A stretch of DNA of 25,935 nucleotides from a virus. Taxonomy: Duplodnaviria; Caudoviricetes. Made by a program: the position numbers and the translations under genes. Shown here piece after piece: positions 8,880-17,800 of the stretch. The stretch is taken from the IMG/VR virus record IMGVR_UViG_3300020388_000060, positions 1 to 25,935 of that record, one strand, 5' to 3'. A model generated the notes under the pieces. The model saw only the letters and a list, made by a program, of their open reading frames with translations. It was not told the DNA's origin and made no database searches. Within the stretch, counting starts at the first letter, position 1. Each line of letters starts with the position of its first letter.

Positions 8880-9314
8880 ATGAAAGACGTATTTACAGTA
8901 AAACGTTCCGCTGATGGCGATGATGTTTTAAAAAGCCTGAATGGTCACATTCAAAATGTAATTTCAGTTTCTTCTGCAGCTGACTATAATTTAGAAGATG
9001 TAGAATCGGGTTCAGTCATTGTTTTAACTAAAGGTGGCGTAACAACAGTTACACTACCTGCTGCATCAAAAGGATTGAATTACAGAATAATTATGGGAAG
9101 CGCTCAAAATCATGTTATTGATGGAGGGGCTACATTAATTCAAGGAGATATATTGGATTTTACTAATGCTACTACTTTAGCCAGAACTTCTGTTGCTAAT
9201 AAAAGTAGTATTACAACGGCTAATACAGCAATTGGCGACCATTTAGATTTTTTATCTGACGGTGTTAATTGGTATGTTACTGGCTTACTAAATGATACTC
9301 CTACTTTAGCGTAG
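8880..9314 (+). CDS. Putative head fibre/decoration protein, paralog pair 2 copy A
   Basis: 144 aa, beta-rich; TVTLPAASKGLNYRII and IGDHLDFLSDGVNWYVTG are motifs of a small beta-sandwich domain common in phage fibre/decoration proteins. Confidence 0.7.
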   Translation: MKDVFTVKRSADGDDVLKSLNGHIQNVISVSSAADYNLEDVESGSVIVLTKGGVTTVTLPAASKGLNYRIIMGSAQNHVIDGGATLIQGDILDFTNATTLARTSVANKSSITTANTAIGDHLDFLSDGVNWYVTGLLNDTPTLA

Positions 9315-9328
9315 ATAATTAATATACT

Positions 9329-9354
9329 CATCCCCTCTTCGGAGGGGGTGTTTT
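9329..9354 (+). terminator. Intrinsic terminator
   Basis: CATCCCCTC-TTCG-GAGGGGGTG: 9-bp stem with one G-U pair and a C(UUCG)G tetraloop, followed by TTTT. Confidence 0.85.
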
Positions 9355-9364
9355 ACTTGTTAGC

Positions 9365-10279
9365 ATGAATGCAAAAATTATAGTTCCGTTTAAAGATACT
9401 GGAGGCAAGGAAATGATTACATCTCCTAGCAATAGAGATATAGTCGGTAGTAGTTTAGGTAATTGGAGTCAAGTAAATACAACAACTATAGTCGCTTTAT
9501 ATGGTGCTATATTTGCAACTATAACTTCTACTTCAAATGCACAAGGAGTTGAGTTAGGTTATACTTTTTTAGAACCTATTCACATAGGTATGACTTATAA
9601 TGTTTCTTGTTTTTTAGCTGTAACTAATACTGATGGCAATACAGGTAATCATTATCAATTTTCATTTGGTAATGCTTTTTCTAGTGGATTTAATTTATCT
9701 GCGCCTGAAAGCGCTACAAATAAAGAATCTGCAGATTTAGTAGCAACAAGTAAAACATCTAATTTAAAATTACAAAAAGAATATGCTGCAAATCCTAGTC
9801 AAGCTTTTTTCGCAAGAGAATTTAGAGTTACAGAAAAATGCTTTACTAGAGTTATAGATAGAAGTGAAAATGATACTTTATTTTATGTAGAGTCTTATGG
9901 AACTTTAGATGCTTCAAGTAGTGCTATTGGAGTTTTAGGTGGGGCAACATGTATTAAAATAGTTCTTCCACCTCCTTTTTTAGGTGCTTATTATGAATTT
10001 GTAGTTTCTAATTCAATTACGAAACTAAATGGAACTGCTGGTACGTTAAATAAACCAATTATATTTGCAGCTACTTCTTCTAAAGGCGAAGAAGGAGCAA
10101 CAATTATAAGTTATAATGTCCATGAAACAGAAGGAGCAATAAATGTAGGAACAGGTAAAACTTCTGTAACAATAGGAAGGGCAGCTAATAATACAGTAGG
10201 AGATAATTTAAGATTTACTTCTGATGGAACGAATTGGTTTTGCATAGGAAGTACAGATTTAGCAAGTTTTGAAGCATAA
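9365..10279 (+). CDS. Putative fibre/decoration protein with an extra jelly-roll-like domain, paralog pair 2 copy B
   Basis: C-terminal half matches 8880..9314 (IKIVLPPPFLGAYYEFVV; VGDNLRFTSDGTNWFCIG); aa ~10-158 form an additional beta-rich segment resembling carbohydrate-binding modules (IGMTYNVSCFL ... FFAREFRVTE). Confidence 0.7.
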   Translation: MNAKIIVPFKDTGGKEMITSPSNRDIVGSSLGNWSQVNTTTIVALYGAIFATITSTSNAQGVELGYTFLEPIHIGMTYNVSCFLAVTNTDGNTGNHYQFSFGNAFSSGFNLSAPESATNKESADLVATSKTSNLKLQKEYAANPSQAFFAREFRVTEKCFTRVIDRSENDTLFYVESYGTLDASSSAIGVLGGATCIKIVLPPPFLGAYYEFVVSNSITKLNGTAGTLNKPIIFAATSSKGEEGATIISYNVHETEGAINVGTGKTSVTIGRAANNTVGDNLRFTSDGTNWFCIGSTDLASFEA

Positions 10280-10280
10280 T

Positions 10281-10421
10281 ATGAGTAGTTATAAAAAAAT
10301 ATACAAAGTAGTAGATGGTAAGGTTGTTGAAGTACAACCTAAAAAGCATAAACTACAAACAAAAATTAAAGTCAAAGGACCAGGCTTAAATTGGTCTTAT
10401 AAATCAGGAAGTAAAGTTTAA
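10281..10421 (+). CDS. Small basic hypothetical protein (46 aa), absent from the supplied ORF track
   Basis: Manual translation MSSYKKIYKVVDGKVVEVQPKKHKLQTKIKVKGPGLNWSYKSGSKV*; starts 1 nt after the previous stop (TAA-t-ATG, the same spacing as at 12414, 14185 and 25562) and fills the gap. Confidence 0.7.
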   Translation: MSSYKKIYKVVDGKVVEVQPKKHKLQTKIKVKGPGLNWSYKSGSKV

Positions 10422-10437
10422 ATTAAAGAAAGTAAAA

Positions 10438-11190
10438 ATGGAAACAAAGCAAACAATTGTTTATGCATGTAGCAAGCCTACAAAAATGAATTATGTATTT
10501 TTTGGAAACTACAAAGATAAAACAGGTAGATTACACGAATACATGGACATTAACGGTATGGAACACAGAGGATTCTCTCACACCCAACCAACTCTCTCGT
10601 TAGATATTTCACACGAATCACACAGACTGTTAGATGAGTTTTTAGCAACACATCCATTAGTTATGAATGGTAAGTGGACAAGAACTGACATTAGAGAAAA
10701 GCAAACAAAAGAAACAAAAACTGTATTAGACTCAGCTCAAGCTATTATTGAGGCAGCTAAAATGAATACTAAAGATGTATTTGATTTTGCTAAATTAGCA
10801 GGGTTTGGTAACAACTCTAACGCAGACGTACTAAGAGCTAAGATTATAAAGTTAGCACAAGAAGATGCTAATAAGTTTATGGCTATACATTTTGACCCAG
10901 AGAAGTCTTATAGAACATTTATTGTAGATGCTTTAAAGTCAAAAAAATTGTCATATGAAAATGCTACTTTTATGTACGGAAAGGAAGCTATTGGACTTAA
11001 CGAAGAGCAAGTTATTGTTTGGTTAAAAGAAAACAAAGACATTTATGCAATCTTACGACAGGAACTGCGTGGTGGTCAACCTTCGATTGAACAAAGAAAA
11101 CCGATTGAAGTCAAATCACAGCAAAAGAAAGAAGTTGAAGCAGAAGTTAGAAGCGAGAAGACTAAAACACAGGCTAAACAAGGCAAGTAA
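10438..11190 (+). CDS. Capsid-module protein of unknown function (similar in size and position to the conserved post-capsid gene of crAss-like phages)
   Basis: 250 aa; C-terminal helical part with FMYGKEAIGLNEEQVIVWLKEN; the assignment relies on recalled similarity and synteny. Confidence 0.55.
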   Translation: METKQTIVYACSKPTKMNYVFFGNYKDKTGRLHEYMDINGMEHRGFSHTQPTLSLDISHESHRLLDEFLATHPLVMNGKWTRTDIREKQTKETKTVLDSAQAIIEAAKMNTKDVFDFAKLAGFGNNSNADVLRAKIIKLAQEDANKFMAIHFDPEKSYRTFIVDALKSKKLSYENATFMYGKEAIGLNEEQVIVWLKENKDIYAILRQELRGGQPSIEQRKPIEVKSQQKKEVEAEVRSEKTKTQAKQGK

Positions 11191-11203
11191 AAAATAAAAC
11201 AAT

Positions 11204-11698
11204 ATGGCTAGTACTATAACACCAGCAACATTAACAGTTAAAATATCAGAATCTGTCATATTAAATGGTTCTGAGCAAGGTAACACTAACACTATAACTG
11301 TTAGTAATATTAATGAAATATCAAGAGAAATATTTCATTGCGATACATCTGAAAATAATTTGCTTTGGTTTATAGACGAAATAGCATCAGCTGATACTGG
11401 TAGCGGGCATAATAGATTTCTTAGAAATAAAGTTATGTATGTTAGAATAACAAATTTAGATGACACTAACTATGTTACTTTAACTATTAGAAATCACAGC
11501 GATGATGAATTTGCTATAAAATTAAGTGCTGGTGCTTCTTTTATTGTAAATGGAGCAAGTAGTACTGCTGTTAATAACATTTTTGATGCTAGTGGTAATG
11601 CAATAAGCCCTGCTTCAACTTTGGGAGATTTATATAGTATTAATGGCCTTGCAAACACTGCTAATTGTGACTTAGAAATGTTTGTAGCAAGTATTTAA
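11204..11698 (+). CDS. Putative virion structural protein, paralog pair 3 copy A
   Basis: 164 aa, beta-rich; aligns with 11714..12412 (TLTVKISESVILNG, YVRITNLD, CDLEMFVAS). Confidence 0.8.
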   Translation: MASTITPATLTVKISESVILNGSEQGNTNTITVSNINEISREIFHCDTSENNLLWFIDEIASADTGSGHNRFLRNKVMYVRITNLDDTNYVTLTIRNHSDDEFAIKLSAGASFIVNGASSTAVNNIFDASGNAISPASTLGDLYSINGLANTANCDLEMFVASI

Positions 11699-11713
11699 TT
11701 AAATTAAAATAAA

Positions 11714-12412
11714 ATGGCAACAACTTTATCTTCATCTACCTTAACTGTTAAATTAACAGAATCTATTTTATTAAATGGAATAGACCAAGGTGGAACAAAT
11801 ACTTTAGCTATTTCTGGCATAAAACAAGTGCATAAAAGAATAATAACTATGCCTTTCGATGATGTTAGCGACCCTATTGATGCTGCAGAAAGAAAATTAC
11901 TTCATATTACTAGTAGCCGCGCAGCTGGACAATATGTAGTTGCAGATATAAGGTACGTTAGAATAACTAATTTAGATAATTCTGTAGCAGTTAATATAAG
12001 GCTTCAAGGTGCTAATTTTGCTGATACAACTATTACTGGCGCTACATATAACAATCAGACTGCTATTACACATAGTTCTAATTCAGCTGTAGAACTTGGT
12101 ATGAGTGTTACAGGAGATGGAATACCAGAAGGAGCTCGTGTTGCATCAATTACAAGCAATACAGCATTTGTGTTAAGCGCCGCAACTACTGGTGGTCTAA
12201 AAGAAAACAAGACTTTAGCTTTAACAGCAGGATTTAAACAAAGATTAGACCCTGGTTGTAGTATGTTGTTTACAAGCAGCTCTACTACAGGTTTAGTAGG
12301 TTATGCAAAAAACGAAAATTTACTTGCAGGTACTTTAGAAGATTTAACAGAAATTCATGCAGAAACAACAACAGCTGCTTGTGATTTAGAACTTTTTATA
12401 GCAACCGTATAG
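11714..12412 (+). CDS. Putative virion structural protein, paralog pair 3 copy B, with ~70-aa inserted module
   Basis: TLTVKLTESILLNG, YVRITNLD and CDLELFIAT match copy A; an extra segment at ~12011-12232 accounts for the 68-aa length difference. Confidence 0.8.
   Translation: MATTLSSSTLTVKLTESILLNGIDQGGTNTLAISGIKQVHKRIITMPFDDVSDPIDAAERKLLHITSSRAAGQYVVADIRYVRITNLDNSVAVNIRLQGANFADTTITGATYNNQTAITHSSNSAVELGMSVTGDGIPEGARVASITSNTAFVLSAATTGGLKENKTLALTAGFKQRLDPGCSMLFTSSSTTGLVGYAKNENLLAGTLEDLTEIHAETTTAACDLELFIATV
12011..12232 (+). repeat. Inserted ~70-aa module, copy 1
   Basis: TYNNQTAITHSSNSAVELGMSVTGDGIPEGARVASITSNTAFVLSAA; homologous to 17430..17651. Confidence 0.85.
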
Positions 12413-12413
12413 T

Positions 12414-13013
12414 ATGGCAGTAGCGTTAACAGGTAGTTCAGGTATGTATGCTCGTATTAGGCAACTAATAGACCGAGAAGATGCAGCTTATTTTACTGAT
12501 ACAGAACTAGGAAAGTTTTTAGAATCTGCAGTAGATGAGTTTGTAAATCAGTATTATGGAGTATTTGAAGTTAATCAAGAGGTTAGGGATAAGTTACAAA
12601 GCTTAGTCGCTAAAAATACAGTTTCTTTCCCTGGTAGCACTTTAGAATATGCAGTAAGTAGTTTAACAGATTATATGAGATTACTTAGTGCAACATTAAC
12701 TAATGACCCTAAAACAAGAGTTAAAATAATTCAGTTAAGTGATTTGTCTGCTTATCTATCTGACCCTTTTAACAAAGCTACAGATGAAGCGCCAGTTATG
12801 TATATGGAAGGTAGCAAACTACACCTTTTAGGACCATCTAAAACAACAAGTGTAGATGTTTATCATCTTAAATATACTAATACATTTAGTAATTTACCAA
12901 ATCACACATATGAAGAATTATGTAATATAACAGCTCGTAGAATCTTGGCGACATTGGGAGACCCAAGATACGAAATTCAAGCAAGAGAAACGACTGCTGA
13001 AAAACGAGGTTAA
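12414..13013 (+). CDS. Putative ring (head-tail connector) protein
   Basis: 199 aa; helical N-terminus (DREDAAYFTDTELGKFL), beta middle and helical C-terminus (LPNHTYEELCNITA), the layout of P22 gp4/T7 gp11-like and crAss ring proteins. Confidence 0.7.
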   Translation: MAVALTGSSGMYARIRQLIDREDAAYFTDTELGKFLESAVDEFVNQYYGVFEVNQEVRDKLQSLVAKNTVSFPGSTLEYAVSSLTDYMRLLSATLTNDPKTRVKIIQLSDLSAYLSDPFNKATDEAPVMYMEGSKLHLLGPSKTTSVDVYHLKYTNTFSNLPNHTYEELCNITARRILATLGDPRYEIQARETTAEKRG

Positions 13014-13039
13014 AGATGCTTTTTGCTCCCTGCTTTCTT

Positions 13040-13077
13040 GAAAGGGTAGTGTAGGGAAACTTACCTACCCTTTCTTT
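13040..13077 (+). terminator. Intrinsic terminator-like hairpin
   Basis: GAAAGGGTAG pairs with CTACCCTTTC; inner stem GTAGG-GAAA-CTTAC (GNRA loop, one G-U pair) after a single bulged T; followed by TTT. Confidence 0.75.
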
Positions 13078-13090
13078 AAAATAAAAGAAT

Positions 13091-13750
13091 ATGGCAACAT
13101 TAAATGAAATAGCATACAACATTAGAAACATCGCAGAAGGTGGCGTAGCTTCTGATGACTCTAATATTACATTAAGACAGACTAAGTATATGGTACATTA
13201 CCATCGTGCTAATCTTCTTCTTCAGTACACAGACAATGGTCGTAAGACTTCTGATGTTATGTATCAGGTTGATAAGATGGTTCCAAGCAAGAATGGAGTT
13301 GATTTAAAGGCTTTTATAGGCTTTAATGACAATCGCTCTATAAGAAGTATAGCTTTAAGGTCTACAAGCGATAAGAACGAAGATTTTGAGTTATTGCCTT
13401 TATTTAAAGAGCACGATAAAATGTTTGCTCAAAATTCTAGATTTATTAAACACGCTGCAAAAAAATATGCTACTATTCAAAGTGGCAAATTGTATGTTTA
13501 CGAAGGTTCAGATATATTTAATAGCAGTAGTTATGAGTTAGAGGTTACGGCTATATATTCAAATCCTACTCAAATTGATAGCTATATAGATGATGACACT
13601 ACTCAGTATCCATTACCTCAAGAGTTGATAAGTATACTAACAGAAACTATATTAGCAAAAGAATTTAGAATGATTCTTGGTATTCCTTCTGATACACCAA
13701 ACGACCAAAGAGATGAGAAAACAGAAAGAAAGAAAGCTGGAGCTAAATAG
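13091..13750 (+). CDS. Putative ring/tail connector protein
   Basis: 219 aa; MATLNEIAYNI...SDDSNITLRQ start and AIYSNP...DDDTTQYPLP end resemble crAss-like ring proteins; synteny agrees. Confidence 0.7.
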   Translation: MATLNEIAYNIRNIAEGGVASDDSNITLRQTKYMVHYHRANLLLQYTDNGRKTSDVMYQVDKMVPSKNGVDLKAFIGFNDNRSIRSIALRSTSDKNEDFELLPLFKEHDKMFAQNSRFIKHAAKKYATIQSGKLYVYEGSDIFNSSSYELEVTAIYSNPTQIDSYIDDDTTQYPLPQELISILTETILAKEFRMILGIPSDTPNDQRDEKTERKKAGAK

Positions 13751-14183
13751 TTATAAAGGCAAGTATGTTACTTTAAAAGACATACACGCTAATATAAAAG
13801 ACAAGGTAAAAGTACAGGGAGCTTGGGTAAAAAAGAAAAACGATTACAGGGATAGAGAGCTTACTTATAAAGAATACTATGGTATTATATCAAAGTATTT
13901 TGAAAAGGTTATAAACGAAGTAGCAGTAGAAAGAGAAGAATATAGGCTTCCTAATAAAATGGGTAGAATATATATAAAGAAGTTAGAGCATAAAAGACCT
14001 TTTCATTTAAGAATAGATAGAGAGGCGAGCAAAGAAGCAGGAGAGTATGTTTGGTATAAAGTCCCAATACTTGACGACTATTATAACAAACTTGTTTGGA
14101 ATAGACACCAAAGGTATAAACGATATAAAATCTTACCTTTGAATAAATTTAAGAAATTGATAAAAAAAGTAAAAGAATACTAA
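13713..14183 (+). CDS. HU/IHF-like DNA-binding protein of the crAss-like tail module
   Basis: Very basic; helix-helix followed by YRLPNKMGRIYIKK, like the HU/IHF beta-strand motif; IHF-like genes are an established part of this module in crAss-like phages. The in-frame ATG at 13713 is preferred to TTG at 13677; overlaps the upstream gene by 38 nt. Confidence 0.65.
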   Translation: MRKQKERKLELNSYKGKYVTLKDIHANIKDKVKVQGAWVKKKNDYRDRELTYKEYYGIISKYFEKVINEVAVEREEYRLPNKMGRIYIKKLEHKRPFHLRIDREASKEAGEYVWYKVPILDDYYNKLVWNRHQRYKRYKILPLNKFKKLIKKVKEY

Positions 14184-14184
14184 T

Positions 14185-14829
14185 ATGCAAGGTCAGTCTA
14201 AAATAAGTGTAAAGCAGGTTGTTAGTGCGGTAATTAGAAACTTAGGTATTCAAGATGCCGCTAAAGAATTCCATACATTTGTTGAGTGGGCTTTTGAAGC
14301 AGAAAAAAAGATAGGTTCTTATTGCACTTTTTTACAAAAAGAAGAAACTTTAAATGTAGCAAATAAAAAAGCAGCATTACCAAGCGACTTTTTAGAGTTA
14401 GTAGATATAAAGAATTCTGTTAATATTTATTATACGCCTACTACAAAGTCTTTTTCAGAAAAACTAACTAATTATACATCTTCTTACAAATACTACGTTA
14501 AAACAGGTTATATACACACTACAGGAGAAGACTCTCAAATAGATGTAGTATATATGGCTTTAGAAACTGATGTAGAAGGTTATCCTACTATATTGGCTAA
14601 TCATGAAGATGCTATAGCGTCTTACATTATGTATAAATACAAAGCAAGAGATTATTATAATCAAAAGCTTCCTAGATATATTTATGTAGACCTAAAAAGA
14701 GAGTGGAATCGTTTATGTGCACAAGCACGTGGTAACGACAATATGCCTACTAAAAATCAGTGGCGACAAATATCTAAATATTGGAACTCTCTTGTACCTG
14801 TTAAACCATCACAAGGACTTTTTGATTAA
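14185..14829 (+). CDS. Tail tubular/ring protein (P22 gp4-like)
   Basis: 214 aa; EWAFEAEKKIG, AALPSDF, YMALETDVEGYPTI, EDAIASYIMYK and WNRLCAQARG; immediately precedes the muzzle gene as in crAss-like phages. Confidence 0.8.
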   Translation: MQGQSKISVKQVVSAVIRNLGIQDAAKEFHTFVEWAFEAEKKIGSYCTFLQKEETLNVANKKAALPSDFLELVDIKNSVNIYYTPTTKSFSEKLTNYTSSYKYYVKTGYIHTTGEDSQIDVVYMALETDVEGYPTILANHEDAIASYIMYKYKARDYYNQKLPRYIYVDLKREWNRLCAQARGNDNMPTKNQWRQISKYWNSLVPVKPSQGLFD

Positions 14830-14831
14830 TT

Positions 14832-17800
14832 ATGGCACAAAAAAAACCTAATACATTTATGAAAGGTATGGCATCAGACCTTGATGCACATGCTATTCCA
14901 TCAGAAAATTATCAAGAAGCTGTTAATGCTAGAATAGTTAGTAGAAGTGATAATTTATTTTCTTTAAAGAATATTCCAGGCATGAAAGAAATGCCTCCAA
15001 TAGGAGTTGGTGGATTTAAGATAAAACAAAAAAACGGGTTTTTAAAAGGTGTAGGAAATAGCACTACAGATGCATTTTTATATCAAGCTCCTAGACATAT
15101 AAAAAAGTTTAATGTAACTATAACTTATGTAGGTGGCACTACTGCAACAGGTTCTTATGAGTGGTCAGCATATAAAACTAGCAATAGTATAATTAGAGCA
15201 ACTCAAAAAGGTCACAAAGATGTAAATAAAACTAATTACACTAACATAGAGTATACTAACAATCAGTATATGGGGTTTTTGTACCAGGCTATAACATCGG
15301 TTCCTGACATTAATACATATTACGATATATCCCTTAAAGTTCCTTCATCAACTTACTCATCTTTTGAAGCAGAAATTTGGTTTACACAAAAAATAGGAGT
15401 AAAAGAAATAAGCTCTATAAGTGTTGCTTTTGATGTAGGTACAACAGACCCTAAAAATATTGTACCTAACAATAGCTCTTATTTTAAGGTAAACTCAACA
15501 TTTGGGTCAGGAGATAGTATTTCAGATGTACTTGAAACTACTAATGGAGCAGCTTTTACATATGACACGAATCAAGACCAGTTTGGTTATTTTGGTAAAT
15601 GTATTATACAAGACAACAAATCTTTTAAGGTACTAGATGGAGCTGTCCATGCAAATCCAGGGTTTATAGCTAACCTTAATTCAGTAATCTATTCGGTTTA
15701 TATAGTCTGCGAAAATTGGGGTACTAATGATGAAATAGAAGTTATAATTGGAGACACGACAACCATTATAGGCGGCACTGATGTAAACGGCTTAGGTGCA
15801 GCGTTAGCTAATGCTACAAAAATTGTAACAGGGACTGGTAGTAATGCAAGCGTGCCTTTTGAATTTAAAGCTAAGGATGGTACTTTAACTGTAAGACATT
15901 TTTCTATTAAAGCAGCTGGAGGCTCTTATACTCTTGCAGAAGATACTTTTTGGGAAACAGAAACATTTACCAAGACTTATACATTAATAGATATGTGTGA
16001 GTTTTCTGAATATTTATGTGTACTAGCTCATCATAAAACAAATGATGATGCTGTGTTTAAATTTGAATTTGACACAACAGGTTCTTGTACTAATATACAA
16101 CCACTAATATTTGGAGATTTTGGATTTAATGCTAAGACTTCTATAAGGTTAGCTAAAATAGAAGAAAATGATGCATATGAAAGAATATATTGGACAGATG
16201 GAGTTAATCCATTAAGAGGTTTAAATATATTAGGAGACCATGAGTATTACGCAAAATTAGCAGAAACAGGTTTAAATGTAATACAAACAGGAAATTTACA
16301 ACCTCCAGTAGTAAATTCTATTATTCAAGGTGGGGCTTTACCATGTGGTAGTTATTCTTATTGTTATAGGTTAATGACGGGAGACGGAAAAATGTCTACT
16401 GTATCTCCTATATCTAACCCTGTTTCTGTATACGCTACTAATAAATCAAATCAAGCTCACGCTATTCAAGGTGGTGACCTAGATACTATTAGTGGAAAGA
16501 TAATTTCTTTAGGCGTGTCTAATATAGATACTACATTTACAAGAATACAGGTAATAGCAATAAGATTTATTTCTCAAGAAGGAGCAGCTATATGTTCTGT
16601 AATTGCTGATGAAAAAGTATTTGGAGATACTATGGAATTTTTTCACACAGGGAATAGTCCTGAAATTCCATTAACATTATATGAGGTGTTAGCTCAAGGA
16701 AAAACTTGGGATAGCTGTAAAACTTTAGCTATAAAAGACAATAGACTATTCGCAGGTAACCTAACTAATACAAGTTACGATTTAGGTCTTACATCAACAT
16801 CTTTTAGGGTTGTTTCTTATAGAAATGCTGGAGTTGATGGAGCTTATCAAACTTGGGACTACGCTGCTAACGGTTATGATATACCTGATTCAGATGAACT
16901 AGGAAAAGGATTGTTTGCTCCTGACCACTATATGTTACCTGATGACGCTACAGTTAGTACAAATAAATATAGGTATATAAAATTGTATGACGGTACAGGG
17001 ACTACTGGACAAACTAATGATTCTAATTCAGCAAGAGTGTTTGGTTATGAAACACCTAATTTTGGTAGCAAAACCACTGATATAGGAGTAAGAGTAACTT
17101 TTGGAATGAAAGAATTTACATTAGATGATGATGTAAATAATTACTATAGAGGCCAAACAGAAAATGGAAAGTATGCTACTGCACCTTTCTATGGACCTAA
17201 TTCACCAAACGAAGATTCTTTAGACGGATTTTACAATAACTATAAAAACCCGTTGTTTGCTCAAAATTACACTGGGTATATGCGTGGAGAAATATATCGT
17301 TTTGGTATACAGTTTTATGATAAAGGAGGAGAGTCTACGTTTGTTTACCCTATAGGTGATATTCGTATGCCTGATATGTCTGCTGAATATAGAGAGTTAA
17401 GAAATGATGGTGAAGTATATAGCGCTTTAGCTAGCGTTTCTCTTACAAGTGGCGTGTATAATAATACAGACGCTACAATAACACATGCAGGTAGTACGGA
17501 TATAAGAGTAGGTATGTCCGTAACAAGTGATAAGGCTGGAATACCAGCTAATTCTTATGTTGCTTCAATTACAAGTAATACAGTATTTGAATTAAATGCT
17601 GCCGCTGAATCTAGTCAAACTGGTTGTGTGTTATCCTTATCAACATCTGGCACAACATTAGATAGCGATTTACCTAAAACATATCTTACTTGTAATGACA
17701 AAGGTAAAGGGTATATATTATTTCCAGAGTTTCGTGTAAAACTACCTAACTCTATTAGGTCTAAAATATCAGGATACTCTATAGTAAGAGTTCATAGAGA

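Noticed and set aside
17310-17330. YDKGG in the muzzle and MAKGG in the capsid protein as further [F/Y]xxGG signals
   Set aside because: Both are single occurrences inside folded regions; the muzzle copy is part of the conserved YRFGIQFYDxxG strand.
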